Shown piece by piece: positions 11,339 through 20,898 of a stretch of 64,000 nt of DNA. The DNA is taken from positions 6,657-70,656 of IMG/VR virus record IMGVR_UViG_3300031853_000029. The stretch is one strand, 5' to 3'. Origin of the DNA: a virus (Duplodnaviria > Caudoviricetes). The notes beneath the pieces are model-generated. The model was not told the DNA's origin and searched no databases. It saw only the letters and a list, made by a program, of their open reading frames with translations. How positions within the stretch are numbered: position 1 is the first letter of the stretch; every line of letters begins with the position of its first letter. A program made the position numbers and the translations under genes.

Positions 11339-12323
11339 CATCATCGTCACCCACTATAATGAGCCGTGGGAAGTCGGGGAAAAGCTATTTGCGATCCTCA
11401 ACCTCCAGCGTGGCGTGGATCTGACAAGCTGGAGGGTGACGGTGGTCAATGATGGGCCTGACTGCCACATTCCTGACGAACGTTTCGCTGGCCTGAAGTA
11501 TCCGCTCCGGCAGATCGACATCGAGCATGGCGGGGTGTCGGCGGCACGAAACGCAGGTTTGGATGCGGCAGAAGCAGAATGGGTTATGTTCTGTGACTTT
11601 GACGATACCTTTGCCGGGATCTACGCCATGAGAGACATCATGCACGTTCTCCCGGCGAAGGGGTACAACATGCTCCACGGGAAGCTGATGGCTGAGTATA
11701 TCTCCGATGATCGGGATCTGGTTTACTATCCCAGAGAAACGCAGAAATATGTTTACTGTCATGGAAAGCTCTACAGACGGCAATTCCTTCTGGATAATGA
11801 TCTCAGGTTCGACACGGAGCTGGTTTTTAACGAGGATTCAGAGTTTAATGCCATGCTGATCACCATGTGTCATTACAGCACCATTGGCGATATCAAGAGC
11901 GAGATGCCTATTTACTGCTGGATCTCCCGCAATGGTAGCGTTACCCGGTCAGGCAGAGAGGATGAAGCGGCATGGGGCCAGTTCCGGCGAAACCTCAAGA
12001 TCACCGAGGCCAATAAAAAACGGGGCGAAGACCATTATTGCGGAATGATTACCCGGACGGTCTACGACACATGGTATATGGTACAGGGCAAGCGAATCAG
12101 TCAGAGTATGAAGGATCGGATCATGGAGCAATTTATTCCGTGGATCAGCGAGTCTGAACGGCTGAACAGGCTCGGAAAGGTTTCCGACACCACCATGAAG
12201 CAGATTATTGATATTGCCCGGTATGAGCTTCTGGAGCCAGACGACGTTGTTCCCGACAGCATTCGTCTTGTTCGCGGCTGGGTGGAGGCGAATCTGACAA
12301 AAATGAAAGAAGGTGCTGAATAA
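11319..12323 (+). CDS. Glycosyltransferase family 2 (GT-A fold)
   Basis: LDIIVTHYNE, VVNDG, HGGVSAARNAGLDAA, DxD motif FCDFDD, FNEDSEF. Confidence 0.88.
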   Translation: MDSPRLDIIVTHYNEPWEVGEKLFAILNLQRGVDLTSWRVTVVNDGPDCHIPDERFAGLKYPLRQIDIEHGGVSAARNAGLDAAEAEWVMFCDFDDTFAGIYAMRDIMHVLPAKGYNMLHGKLMAEYISDDRDLVYYPRETQKYVYCHGKLYRRQFLLDNDLRFDTELVFNEDSEFNAMLITMCHYSTIGDIKSEMPIYCWISRNGSVTRSGREDEAAWGQFRRNLKITEANKKRGEDHYCGMITRTVYDTWYMVQGKRISQSMKDRIMEQFIPWISESERLNRLGKVSDTTMKQIIDIARYELLEPDDVVPDSIRLVRGWVEANLTKMKEGAE

Positions 12324-12514
12324 TGGCGAGCAAAACGGAGGGTGACATGAAGTTATATCTTCCCGGAACCGGCGATCCGATACGTATTACAGAGATCAAT
12401 AGTAATTTTAGAACGATCGACTCTTTTTACACGCAAGCTAAGCGAGATCTGGAGAGTTTGGACGACAAAACGACCACCATCTCAAACTCCGAGATCGACG
12501 GGCTCTTTTCGTAA
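12323..12514 (+). CDS. Small hypothetical tail-module protein
   Basis: 63-aa ORF translationally coupled to GT2; INSNFRTID resembles tail-fibre N-terminal motifs. Confidence 0.55.
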   Translation: MASKTEGDMKLYLPGTGDPIRITEINSNFRTIDSFYTQAKRDLESLDDKTTTISNSEIDGLFS

Positions 12515-12529
12515 TAGGGAGGGTCTGAA

Positions 12530-12976
12530 ATGTACTATTCGCTGACATTTGGCGGAAGTAAAAACACCTGGACGAACTGGAAACTGATTGCCAAGGCGCC
12601 ACCAATGGTTACTCAGCCTGAACCGAAAAAAAATATGGTTGAAATTCCTGGTAGGACCTCCGGGCCGATCGATCTCAGCTCGGCTGTATTCGGCCATCTT
12701 ACTTATCCGCGGATTACCGGTTCGTGGGAGTTTGTATGTAAGGAAACCAGCTTAACGACCAGATTCGACACCTACGAAGCAGTCCGAAAATGGCTACACG
12801 GAAGAACGACGACCGTGGCGACAGAAGACGACCCGGATCATTATTTTAAAGGACTGTTTACGGTTGGCGAACCTAAAAGTAAAGAAAACGCCGTTGAGAT
12901 TACAATAAAGTATGATCTTGAGCCGGTTCGATATAACAAGGACGGAACTGAGGACACGAATTGGCGTAACCGATAA
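12530..12976 (+). CDS. Distal tail (Dit)-like protein
   Basis: YSLTFGGSKNTWTNW...PEPKKNMVEIPGRTSGPIDLS...GSWEF pattern typical of siphophage Dit; GGAGG RBS. Confidence 0.6.
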   Translation: MYYSLTFGGSKNTWTNWKLIAKAPPMVTQPEPKKNMVEIPGRTSGPIDLSSAVFGHLTYPRITGSWEFVCKETSLTTRFDTYEAVRKWLHGRTTTVATEDDPDHYFKGLFTVGEPKSKENAVEITIKYDLEPVRYNKDGTEDTNWRNR

Positions 12977-12989
12977 GGAGGAATCAGAA

Positions 12990-13772
12990 ATGGGCATTAC
13001 GGGACAGCAGATGGCCGCTCAGGCCGAAATTGCCTATGCCGAAAAATGGGGCTACATTTGGGCAACGGCCGGAGAAAAGTGGACCGAAAAGAAGCAGCGG
13101 GAGCTTGAAGCTAAATACAGAAGCGACCCGTCTAAATATGCCGATTATGCTCAAGGCGCAGCGCATGGAAGCAAATGGATCGGCCAGATGGTCACAGACT
13201 GCAGCGGGCTGGTCAAATGGGCAGCGGTAAAATGCGGCCTGAAAGGTATTTATCATGGCAGCAACAGCATCTTCAACAGGAACTGCAAGAAGATTATGAA
13301 GATCAAAAAGGGTTCCAAAATTCCGATCGGCGCCATGATCTTTACTGGAAAAGAATCCGGGCAGCACAATCATATCGGCATTCTAACGTCCCCCACATGC
13401 GTTACAGAAGCTCATGGCACGATCAAGGGCGTCGTGCATACCCCATTGTCCAACAAAAAGTGGACGTATTGGGGATTGCTTAAAGGCGTTGACTACGAAG
13501 ATCCGGCTGGCAAGGACGCCATTCCGGACGAGGTGACCATCCCAGTCCATACGACGGTAACGCTTCCGACGCTTCGAAAGGGCGCTAAGGGCAGTGACGT
13601 TGAGTTTTTGCAGGGGCTGCTGATCGCTGACGGCGAAGGGCTTTCGAAGTACGGAATCGACGGAGATTTCGGGAACGAGACACTGAGGGCTGTTAAGAGC
13701 TATCAGAAGAAGCACGGACTTGTAGCCGACGGAATCGTCGGGCCGAAGACCTGGACAGAACTGACGAAATAG
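12990..13772 (+). CDS. Endolysin: NlpC/P60 peptidase plus C-terminal PG_binding_1 domain
   Basis: WGYIW, catalytic TDCSGL, HIGI; C-terminal LRKGAKGSDVEFLQ...DGDFGNETLRAVKSYQKKHGLVADGIVGPKTW; RBS before ATG 12990. Confidence 0.88.
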   Translation: MGITGQQMAAQAEIAYAEKWGYIWATAGEKWTEKKQRELEAKYRSDPSKYADYAQGAAHGSKWIGQMVTDCSGLVKWAAVKCGLKGIYHGSNSIFNRNCKKIMKIKKGSKIPIGAMIFTGKESGQHNHIGILTSPTCVTEAHGTIKGVVHTPLSNKKWTYWGLLKGVDYEDPAGKDAIPDEVTIPVHTTVTLPTLRKGAKGSDVEFLQGLLIADGEGLSKYGIDGDFGNETLRAVKSYQKKHGLVADGIVGPKTWTELTK

Positions 13773-13784
13773 GAGGAATCGGTT

Positions 13785-13832
13785 ATGCTCAGATTTCTGA
13801 TCGGCATACCTGTAGGAGCCCTAAGGAGGTAA
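13785..13832 (+). CDS. 15-aa mini-ORF (MLRFLIGIPVGALRR)
   Basis: Strong AGGAGG RBS; its 3' end contains the RBS of the next gene. Confidence 0.3.
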   Translation: MLRFLIGIPVGALRR

Positions 13833-13838
13833 TAAAAA

Positions 13839-14267
13839 ATGCCAACTGTAGAAGGATTCACGCCCGGAGTAGCGTGGACAACGCTTTATGGAATTGTTGC
13901 CATGGGGCTGCTGTTTCTGATCGGATATCGGGTGTATGATGCGATTCATACTATTCTGAGCAGACGGAAACAGCAGCGCCAGGCAGCTCAGCCCGACTTT
14001 GCCGAGGAGGTGAGTCGGAAGGTGATCGAGAAGCTGGAGCCAAGGTTTGCCAAGATCGAAGAAAACCTGGACAAGGACAAGAACCGGCTGGACGCACACG
14101 AAAGCGTTCTGGCCGGGATGCGGGACGGACAGAAAGAAATCCGGGAAGGATTAAGCGCCATTTGCAAATTTATGCTGGTTATCGGTACATACGGTGAATT
14201 CCAGGACAACGAGAAGGTCCGGGACGCCAACGCTGAGCTGCAGAAATATCTGGCGGAAAAGCTTTGA
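13839..14267 (+). CDS. Membrane protein of lysis cassette (holin/antiholin-like)
   Basis: One N-terminal TM segment then coiled coil; between endolysin and holin. Confidence 0.6.
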   Translation: MPTVEGFTPGVAWTTLYGIVAMGLLFLIGYRVYDAIHTILSRRKQQRQAAQPDFAEEVSRKVIEKLEPRFAKIEENLDKDKNRLDAHESVLAGMRDGQKEIREGLSAICKFMLVIGTYGEFQDNEKVRDANAELQKYLAEKL

Positions 14268-14281
14268 GGAGGAACGGCAAA

Positions 14282-14626
14282 ATGAAAGTCAACTGGACAG
14301 TACGTTTTAAGAATAAGACCTGGCTGAGCATGTTTCTGAGTCTGATCATCGGATTTATATTTAATCTGCTGAAGATGTTCGACGTAGCCCCCGTCATTAC
14401 GGAGAGCCAGGTTCTGAATATCGTCAGCCAGATGCTCACTCTGCTGGGTCTGTTCGGCGTAGTTGTTGATCCGACAACGGCCGGAATCGGGGACAGCGAC
14501 CGGGCTATGAACTACAAAGAGCCCTGGTCTGACGAGCACGCGGTTACGAATGCTATTGAAGACGCCCCTGACCCGGAAGAAGGGACTGTCATTGTGGATC
14601 AGAGCGAATCCGAACCCAAAGAATAA
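14282..14626 (+). CDS. Holin, phiLC3 type
   Basis: MKVNWTVRFKNKTW...GVVVDPTTAGIGDSDRAMNYKEP signature, two TM segments. Confidence 0.88.
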   Translation: MKVNWTVRFKNKTWLSMFLSLIIGFIFNLLKMFDVAPVITESQVLNIVSQMLTLLGLFGVVVDPTTAGIGDSDRAMNYKEPWSDEHAVTNAIEDAPDPEEGTVIVDQSESEPKE

Positions 14627-14674
14627 GCGGGTTCCGGACAGATCGTCGGCCAGGGGACAGTGAGGTGATAGATA

Positions 14675-15031
14675 TTGGCTTTTTTAGATTTAACTGGATT
14701 GCAACGGTATCACGGGAAGATTAAGAATTGGGTCACCGGGCGATTCGCCAACACTTTGGACAAAACGGAATCAGGATATGCTCTGGATGCCAGACAAGGT
14801 ACTCAGCTGAAGGTCTACCGTAAGAATTGCGGAACCATCAGCGAACTACCAGCAACGATCGACGATACCAACATTACGAATGATATGGTAGTTGTGCACA
14901 GCGTGCTTGGGACACCTGCCGCACAAGTCGGCAACTGGACGGTGACAACCAGTAACGGGAGCCTGACTATTTCCGGAACCATTGACGGAAGCACGACAGT
15001 AACACTTTATCTTGCGAGAGGGAGGGGTTAA
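14675..15031 (+). CDS. Tail-associated beta-rich protein
   Basis: TTG start with GAGGTG RBS; MAFLDLTGLQRY and T-rich beta C-terminus. Confidence 0.55.
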   Translation: MAFLDLTGLQRYHGKIKNWVTGRFANTLDKTESGYALDARQGTQLKVYRKNCGTISELPATIDDTNITNDMVVVHSVLGTPAAQVGNWTVTTSNGSLTISGTIDGSTTVTLYLARGRG

Positions 15032-15033
15032 AC

Positions 15034-15276
15034 ATGGAGACAAAGTTTTTTCTGCACCAGATCAAGAGGACGGACGGTCTGTATGACAAGGGCATCGTTG
15101 TGAAGGACAGTTATGAGGCGGCGAAGCAGAGCTATCACGCCTATCTTGGGGCTTATGCCTACGGGCAGAACGCTAAGACCGACTATGTCAGCGTTGCGAT
15201 CACCAACATGGCTGGCGTTGTCCTGATGGGCGAAACGTGGAACGGCATCACCGGGAGCGAAGAGCCTGAAGAGTAA
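15034..15276 (+). CDS. Hypothetical protein
   Basis: 80-aa ORF with GGAGG RBS, tightly packed. Confidence 0.6.
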   Translation: METKFFLHQIKRTDGLYDKGIVVKDSYEAAKQSYHAYLGAYAYGQNAKTDYVSVAITNMAGVVLMGETWNGITGSEEPEE

Positions 15277-15287
15277 GAGGTGATACG

Positions 15288-16175
15288 ATGGCAACGAGCA
15301 TCATTCCTGCGCTGAACACGGCGTACAGGGGCCGACACACGCTCCCGGACGGAACTGACCTTAACGAAGTATTTGAGCATGGTCTATATGCGCTTTCGTC
15401 AAACTACACTTATTCGAACATGCCGTCAACAAAGTGCTATTATCTTTTTGTGGGCAGAATGGGAACCGGAACCATTGGTATGCAACTTGCTTTCTATACC
15501 ACAAAGGTCTTTTTCCGTGTACGAACAGGCGCCACTTCTTGGAGCGACTGGCATGTGTTCGGTTCAGATTGGGGCGTAAGAAGACCCGAGATCGTAATCC
15601 CGGCAAACTCTGATTTTAATAGCTACAGAACGCCGGGATCATACAGAGTTACAAGTACCGAGGACATGAAAACCATGGCAAATGTGCCGTTCGATGGTAC
15701 TCCATGCCGGTTGGATGTTTTCCAGACGGCCGGAGACGGTACTGACTATGTTAAACAGGTTTGTTGGGCATATTCAGCCGAAAGCATTTTCATCCGGACG
15801 AAATTTTCTTCTGGATGGACGGAATGGGTAAATTTGCTTCATCCGTATAGGTATCGCGCAAACGGAACAATAAACGGTACGTCCTATGGTGGTTTTGGCT
15901 GGGTGACAACTGATGGCACGCAGTTATCATTTTTCATGCCTTGCGTAACAACGAACGGGGCATCCTTTAACTCCATTACATCTGCAAAGATTCAGATCCG
16001 CAAGCCGACAGGTGGGTATGTGATTTCAAGTGGGTTTGATATAGCGCAATACATTACGTCCAAAACCATCAATTCCCAAGGTTTTTATATTACAGCGATC
16101 AAGTCGGACGGATGGGGTGTTACTAACAACGTTCCAATTGTCGGGGCTATAGTGCTAACTGCAGAAATTGCGTAA
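15288..16175 (+). CDS. Tail fibre / receptor-binding protein with two knob-like repeats
   Basis: Two DLN/DFN..G.Y...Q....F.R....WS.W units typical of fibre knob domains. Confidence 0.6.
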   Translation: MATSIIPALNTAYRGRHTLPDGTDLNEVFEHGLYALSSNYTYSNMPSTKCYYLFVGRMGTGTIGMQLAFYTTKVFFRVRTGATSWSDWHVFGSDWGVRRPEIVIPANSDFNSYRTPGSYRVTSTEDMKTMANVPFDGTPCRLDVFQTAGDGTDYVKQVCWAYSAESIFIRTKFSSGWTEWVNLLHPYRYRANGTINGTSYGGFGWVTTDGTQLSFFMPCVTTNGASFNSITSAKIQIRKPTGGYVISSGFDIAQYITSKTINSQGFYITAIKSDGWGVTNNVPIVGAIVLTAEIA

Positions 16176-16226
16176 AGGAGCCCGCCAATTTACTCGCTTG
16201 TTGCAAGGATAAAGAGGTGATAACCG

Positions 16227-16574
16227 ATGACGATTGAGTTTGCCCGCGGCGACAGCTACGCTGTCGGTTTTAAGCTGCGGGAAAAAGGCAGTGGTACGAC
16301 CATCGACGAAGAGTTCGACGAAATCTACTTCACTGTCAAAAGGGTTTACACGGATAAGGAATATAAACTTCAGAAAACGCTGACAGGCGGCGGGATTACC
16401 AGCGATGGCGAAGGTCATTATACGCTGATATTTTCACCGGAGGATACAGCAACCATGCCGTTCGGAAGATATGACATCGACCTGGAGTTTGATCGCGGAG
16501 ATAATTTTGTTAAGACGTTTGCCGGCGAGCTGAATCTGACTAAGGAAACAACCCATTCTACTAACAAGGGGTGA
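16227..16574 (+). CDS. BppU-like baseplate protein (Ig-like fold)
   Basis: FARGDSY...EIYFTVK...YTLIFSPEDTATMPFGRYDIDL pattern. Confidence 0.55.
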   Translation: MTIEFARGDSYAVGFKLREKGSGTTIDEEFDEIYFTVKRVYTDKEYKLQKTLTGGGITSDGEGHYTLIFSPEDTATMPFGRYDIDLEFDRGDNFVKTFAGELNLTKETTHSTNKG

Positions 16575-16843
16575 TCTGGCAGATGGATAACGTTGAACAG
16601 ATGATCCTCGAAATGGATACCGGGCAGGAACTGGATTTGGTTATGGATGGCGGAAATGATCTGGAGCTCTTTATGAGCGATCCTGCGGTCTATGGAACCG
16701 GCGATTATGAAAAGTTAAAGAATCTTCCGAAAATTAACGGCGTCACAATTATCGGCGACGTTCCGTTGTCAAGAATTATGGATGGCGAAGTTCTCGTATG
16801 GTCGGGAATGACGGCCATAGAGAGGGTTGGTGTCGGCGAATGA
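16571..16843 (+). CDS. Hypothetical tail-associated protein
   Basis: GTG start overlapping previous stop; DYEKLKNLPKING motif common in tail-associated proteins. Confidence 0.55.
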   Translation: MIWQMDNVEQMILEMDTGQELDLVMDGGNDLELFMSDPAVYGTGDYEKLKNLPKINGVTIIGDVPLSRIMDGEVLVWSGMTAIERVGVGE

Positions 16844-17205
16844 TTAACATCAAAGCGGTCATGAGTGCGCCGCATGACACCACGGCCAACTGGAATGTGT
16901 TTCGAACGTTTATTCCCAAAAAAGGAGAGATTATCGTTTATTCCGATTATGAGACGGTTACCGACGAACACGGAGAAACGAAGAACCTTCCGGGAATCAA
17001 AATAGGAGACGGACTGGCCTATCTGGTCGATCTGCCATTTATTGGACAGGCGGAACGGGACACTATTATACAGCGGCTGGATGCTCATATCAACAATACT
17101 TCAATTCATATTACAGACGCTGAACGCCAGAGATGGAATGATAAGCTGGATGACGCATATCTTTTCGGGGACGAGACACTCGTTATTACCCGGAACGATA
17201 TTTAG
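16840..17205 (+). CDS. Tail fibre N-terminal (hyaluronidase-N/Mtd-N-like) domain protein
   Basis: DTTANW...PKKGEIIV...IKIGDG...DLPF motif; ATGA overlap with upstream gene. Confidence 0.6.
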   Translation: MINIKAVMSAPHDTTANWNVFRTFIPKKGEIIVYSDYETVTDEHGETKNLPGIKIGDGLAYLVDLPFIGQAERDTIIQRLDAHINNTSIHITDAERQRWNDKLDDAYLFGDETLVITRNDI

Positions 17206-17231
17206 GACATTGAATCAGGAGGAATAGCCAC

Positions 17232-18584
17232 ATGGCTGAGATTAGTAAAATTACACTGCCTTCCGGTACTACATATGACATAAAGGACGCAACTGCCCGT
17301 GCGGCTATTGCCGGAGGAACAACGTTTCTTGGCATTACGACAACCGCTCTGACGGATGGGGCAACAACCGCGTCTATCGTGATTGACGGTCAGACAGTCT
17401 CCGCCGTTAACGGTGGTATTGCTATTTACAACAATAAGGAATTTATTTATGCCAGCTCCGACAGCAAGTGGCACGAGATTGGCGATACGACCAATCTCGG
17501 CGCCCTGGCGTGGAAGGATTCTGCTTCCGGATCCTATCAGCCGGCCGGTACGGTTTCGGCCCCAACCTTCAGTGGCACGGCATCAAACGTGACCATCACG
17601 ACCGCCAGCAACGAAAACGGAAACTATCAGCCTTCGGGCACGGTCAGCAAGCCGACTTTCTCCGGAACAACTTCGACGTTCACTGGGAAGTTCAAGCCAG
17701 ATGGCACCGTGACCGTAACGAACAAAAGCTCTACCAATAAGACCGCAACTGTTAGTCCAGCCAGCAGCGGCACTGTTACTTACACGCCGGATGGTACGGT
17801 TTCTGCGCCAACGTTTACTGGAACACAGGCGACCATTAACAGTTCTGCAACCTACAAGCCAAAAGGCAACATTTCGGTGACCACCAAGACAGCATCCGTG
17901 ACTTTTGACATTGACACTACCGATGTGCCGGCATCTGAGCAGAATTACAAACCGGACGGGGTAGTCTCCCCGCCGACGATTAGTGTAAAGACAGCAGGCA
18001 CAACCACGACGATCAAAAATCCGACAAGTGTTAATGTCGCAAAATCAGTTGTAGCAGTTGCCCCCGGCGCAACTGCTCCGGCTAATGCTGTGACTTATTA
18101 TAACGTTACAGGTGAGACATTGAGCCTGTATCAGCTCGGCTATACGACTGGCGCTTCCATCACAACGTCCAACGTAACAGTAAAGACGGGAGATGCGGCC
18201 TATCAGGCAGGAACTCCGCAATTTGTAGGTATCGGGGTTAAGATTGGAGGATCCTATAAAGAAGCCATAGGTGCGAATTTTAACGGAACTGAAGAGACTA
18301 TTTCAAGTTCAGCAACTTATAAGCCGGCCGGTACCAACAGCGCTCCATCTTTCTCTGGCACGGGCGTTCGGCTGGTTACCGGAAACATCCCTGTTCCGAA
18401 CGAGTACACAGCGGCATTCTCCGGAACGGAGGGAGATGTCAGCGTGTCCGGCAAGCCCAACGGAAGTGTATCCCAGCCGACCTTCGAAGGCACCAAAGTA
18501 CAGATTTCCGGTACGACCACCGCAGAAGGTACCGTCAGCGCGCCGACGTTCGCCGGTACAACCGCTACGATCACTGTCTCCTGA
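17232..18584 (+). CDS. Thr/Ser/Pro-rich repetitive tail fibre-like protein
   Basis: Many GTVS.PTF.GT repeats; AGGAGG RBS; N-terminus MAEISKITLPSGTTYDIKD shared with next gene. Confidence 0.7.
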   Translation: MAEISKITLPSGTTYDIKDATARAAIAGGTTFLGITTTALTDGATTASIVIDGQTVSAVNGGIAIYNNKEFIYASSDSKWHEIGDTTNLGALAWKDSASGSYQPAGTVSAPTFSGTASNVTITTASNENGNYQPSGTVSKPTFSGTTSTFTGKFKPDGTVTVTNKSSTNKTATVSPASSGTVTYTPDGTVSAPTFTGTQATINSSATYKPKGNISVTTKTASVTFDIDTTDVPASEQNYKPDGVVSPPTISVKTAGTTTTIKNPTSVNVAKSVVAVAPGATAPANAVTYYNVTGETLSLYQLGYTTGASITTSNVTVKTGDAAYQAGTPQFVGIGVKIGGSYKEAIGANFNGTEETISSSATYKPAGTNSAPSFSGTGVRLVTGNIPVPNEYTAAFSGTEGDVSVSGKPNGSVSQPTFEGTKVQISGTTTAEGTVSAPTFAGTTATITVS

Positions 18585-18597
18585 TGAGCCATGCCAC

Positions 18598-18640
18598 GCT
18601 CCCGGTTGGCTTTTTCAAAATGGAAAGGCTAGCCGGGAGC
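18598..18640. repeat. Long intergenic inverted repeat (hairpin, no U-tract)
   Basis: GCTCCCGGTTGGCTTTT...AAAGGCTAGCCGGGAGC. Confidence 0.55.
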
Positions 18641-18665
18641 AGGCTTATGAAAGGAGCGTGAATAA

Positions 18666-20054
18666 ATGGCAGAACTTAGCAAAATTAAAGTACCGGACGG
18701 AACCGTATACGATATTAAGGATGCTGTTGCCAGGGCATATCACGAACCGATCGATATTCGGACCTATACGAATGTAATCGCTACGTCAAACGATAATGTT
18801 GGCGCAGGATTCTTTTATCTGAAAGTCACACCAGACGATTATTATTACTCCAGATGGAGAGTAAAGGTTCGGGTTAAAGCGACTGTCGATGGAACTGGTG
18901 CACAGCAATATTACGACACCGATACGATTTTCCATGTCTGGGGGTCTCAAGCTACTGTATATGGATATATTTGTGAAAACAGGATACTGAACACGTCATA
19001 TCGTCCAATCTATTATAATAGCGTATTCCTGACAAACGCAACAGGATACACCAACGGATGCTCTCATTGGATTGGCTTTAATCTGTGGTATTCCGGGAAT
19101 CCTACAAGTACAAGTTATTACAGAAATGTGGAAGTTGAGCTGCTTGAATACGATGAATGCGAGGCAGAACTTCAAGACAGTTTAATCACGCCGACCAACA
19201 TTCCAAATCGGGCAAGTCATACGAACTGGTACACGTCGACCAATACCTCTTTTTCTAACTATGATGCCTGTACGAGTGGCATCAGACAAAGCGGCGATTC
19301 AAACACAACTAGCATTCATGCGTTGATGAGAAACAGCGGCAATTATATCGCGGACAGCGCATTATATAGGTATCAACTGCTGTTTCATGTGGACGAAGAC
19401 AGGCTTACCCCGCTTAATAATGTTAATAATGGATATAGCAGCACTACCAAGCCCATGCTGACGAATGTGGAGTTCGATCCTTTTAAACCCATCCATTATT
19501 ACGGAACAACGACAACGGTGTCGGCAAATTCTTCGATCGGCGCAGGGGCTTTATACTGGCATTATGCGGGAGTTGACCTGCGGTACATATTTAACATGAC
19601 GACCAGTTCGCTTACAGCGCATAAACCTCTATACCTTGTCGTTACGCCGACGACTGGGGGTATGTGCAAACTTGCCAGTGCAACACCGTGGTCTCAGGCA
19701 TTACCGAGTACAAATGACGGAAACTGGTATATTCTACTCGGCCGTACATATAGCGGGTACCAAATGACGTTGTATGAAGAACATCCTATATACGTGCATG
19801 ATGGGACGGCTGTACGAGAGATTCTTCCACAGACAGCGCTGGCAACGAATGGCTTTGCTGGTCTAATGAGCTCCACCGATAAGACAAAGCTCGATGGCGT
19901 CGCTGCCGGGGCTACAGCCAATGTCGGGACAATCACCGGAATCAAAATGAACGGATCTATCGTTGGGGAATCTGGCATAGTCGATCTCGGCAATATCCCA
20001 CAGACGGAATATGACTCGATTACGGATGCACAGATAGACGCTTTATTCGAATGA
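18666..20054 (+). CDS. Tail fibre / receptor-binding-like protein
   Basis: N-terminus MAELSKIKVPDGTVYDIKD paralogous to upstream gene; Y/N/T-rich; GLMSSTDKTKLDG fibre motif. Confidence 0.65.
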   Translation: MAELSKIKVPDGTVYDIKDAVARAYHEPIDIRTYTNVIATSNDNVGAGFFYLKVTPDDYYYSRWRVKVRVKATVDGTGAQQYYDTDTIFHVWGSQATVYGYICENRILNTSYRPIYYNSVFLTNATGYTNGCSHWIGFNLWYSGNPTSTSYYRNVEVELLEYDECEAELQDSLITPTNIPNRASHTNWYTSTNTSFSNYDACTSGIRQSGDSNTTSIHALMRNSGNYIADSALYRYQLLFHVDEDRLTPLNNVNNGYSSTTKPMLTNVEFDPFKPIHYYGTTTTVSANSSIGAGALYWHYAGVDLRYIFNMTTSSLTAHKPLYLVVTPTTGGMCKLASATPWSQALPSTNDGNWYILLGRTYSGYQMTLYEEHPIYVHDGTAVREILPQTALATNGFAGLMSSTDKTKLDGVAAGATANVGTITGIKMNGSIVGESGIVDLGNIPQTEYDSITDAQIDALFE

Positions 20055-20065
20055 CAATTATATTC

Positions 20066-20103
20066 TCGGGGAGGGGTCGTACGGCGGCCTCTCCCGATTT
20101 ATC
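20066..20103 (+). terminator. Rho-independent terminator
   Basis: TCGGGGAGGGG...CCTCTCCCGA followed by TTTAT. Confidence 0.65.
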
Positions 20104-20120
20104 TTTGATCAAAGATGACA

Positions 20121-20146
20121 CGCCGAAAAAGGCATTCATTTTATGG
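20121..20146 (+). promoter_or_regulatory. 26-bp repeated motif, copy 1
   Basis: CGCCGAAAAAGGCATTCATTTTATGG, followed directly by RBS. Confidence 0.6.
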
Positions 20147-20157
20147 AGGAAACTATA

Positions 20158-20379
20158 ATGACACTCAAGCAGTTAAAAGGCGTTGTAGATCAGCTTCTGA
20201 ACGAAGGGGCTGATCCAGGCGCCGAAATATACGACAGTGATCACCACTTTTTGGAAGAGATTTCGTATGCTGACATTGACTACGAAACCAACGGAAAGGG
20301 TGTTTATCTGGTCTTTTCGGAAGAAGTCGACGGAGGAGCTTGCGACAGCGATGATGCATGTGAATTCGACTTCGATTAA
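20158..20379 (+). CDS. Acidic hypothetical protein (moron-like cassette)
   Basis: GGAGG RBS, ATG 20158. Confidence 0.65.
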   Translation: MTLKQLKGVVDQLLNEGADPGAEIYDSDHHFLEEISYADIDYETNGKGVYLVFSEEVDGGACDSDDACEFDFD

Positions 20380-20409
20380 CTATTATATTTTGCAAGGAGA
20401 TGATCCAAC

Positions 20410-20898
20410 GTGGCTAAGCTGAAGCCCGAGCAGATCGTGGAGGACGCGATGTATGCTCTAAACAGCGGATGGGGTCATATCCGTGGAAAAACAGGCCAGG
20501 TCTGGACTGAAGAAGACCAAAAAGCCGCGGAGAACGCTCAGAACGGCTGTGAACAGACAAAGCTATACGGCAGGAAATGGATCGGCCAGAGAGTTGCGGA
20601 CAGCTGCGGACTTCTCTCCTGGATATTTTATCGCCACGGAGGATACATGCCCCACGGATGCAACAGTATCTATAATCGATACTGTGATCAGAAAGGCGAA
20701 CTGAAAGACGCTGAGGTCCTTCGGCCGGGGTGCCTCGTTTTCAAGCGGAATGAAAAATACGAAAACCCCATTTATCACGTAGGAATTTATGTCGGAGACG
20801 GAAAGGTTGTCGAATCCCACGGAACGGCCAAGGGCGTCATACAAAGCACCCTGTTCGGATGGAGTCATTACGGATATCCGAAGGGGGTTGAATGGTAA
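20410..20898 (+). CDS. Second NlpC/P60-like protein (DSCG variant)
   Basis: Paralogous to endolysin catalytic domain: WGHIRG, WIGQRVADSCGL, YHVGIYVGDGKVVESHG. Confidence 0.75.
   Translation: MAKLKPEQIVEDAMYALNSGWGHIRGKTGQVWTEEDQKAAENAQNGCEQTKLYGRKWIGQRVADSCGLLSWIFYRHGGYMPHGCNSIYNRYCDQKGELKDAEVLRPGCLVFKRNEKYENPIYHVGIYVGDGKVVESHGTAKGVIQSTLFGWSHYGYPKGVEW

Noticed and set aside
18598-18640. Terminator between the two fibre genes
   Set aside because: Strong hairpin but no U-tract on either side; recorded only as an inverted repeat.
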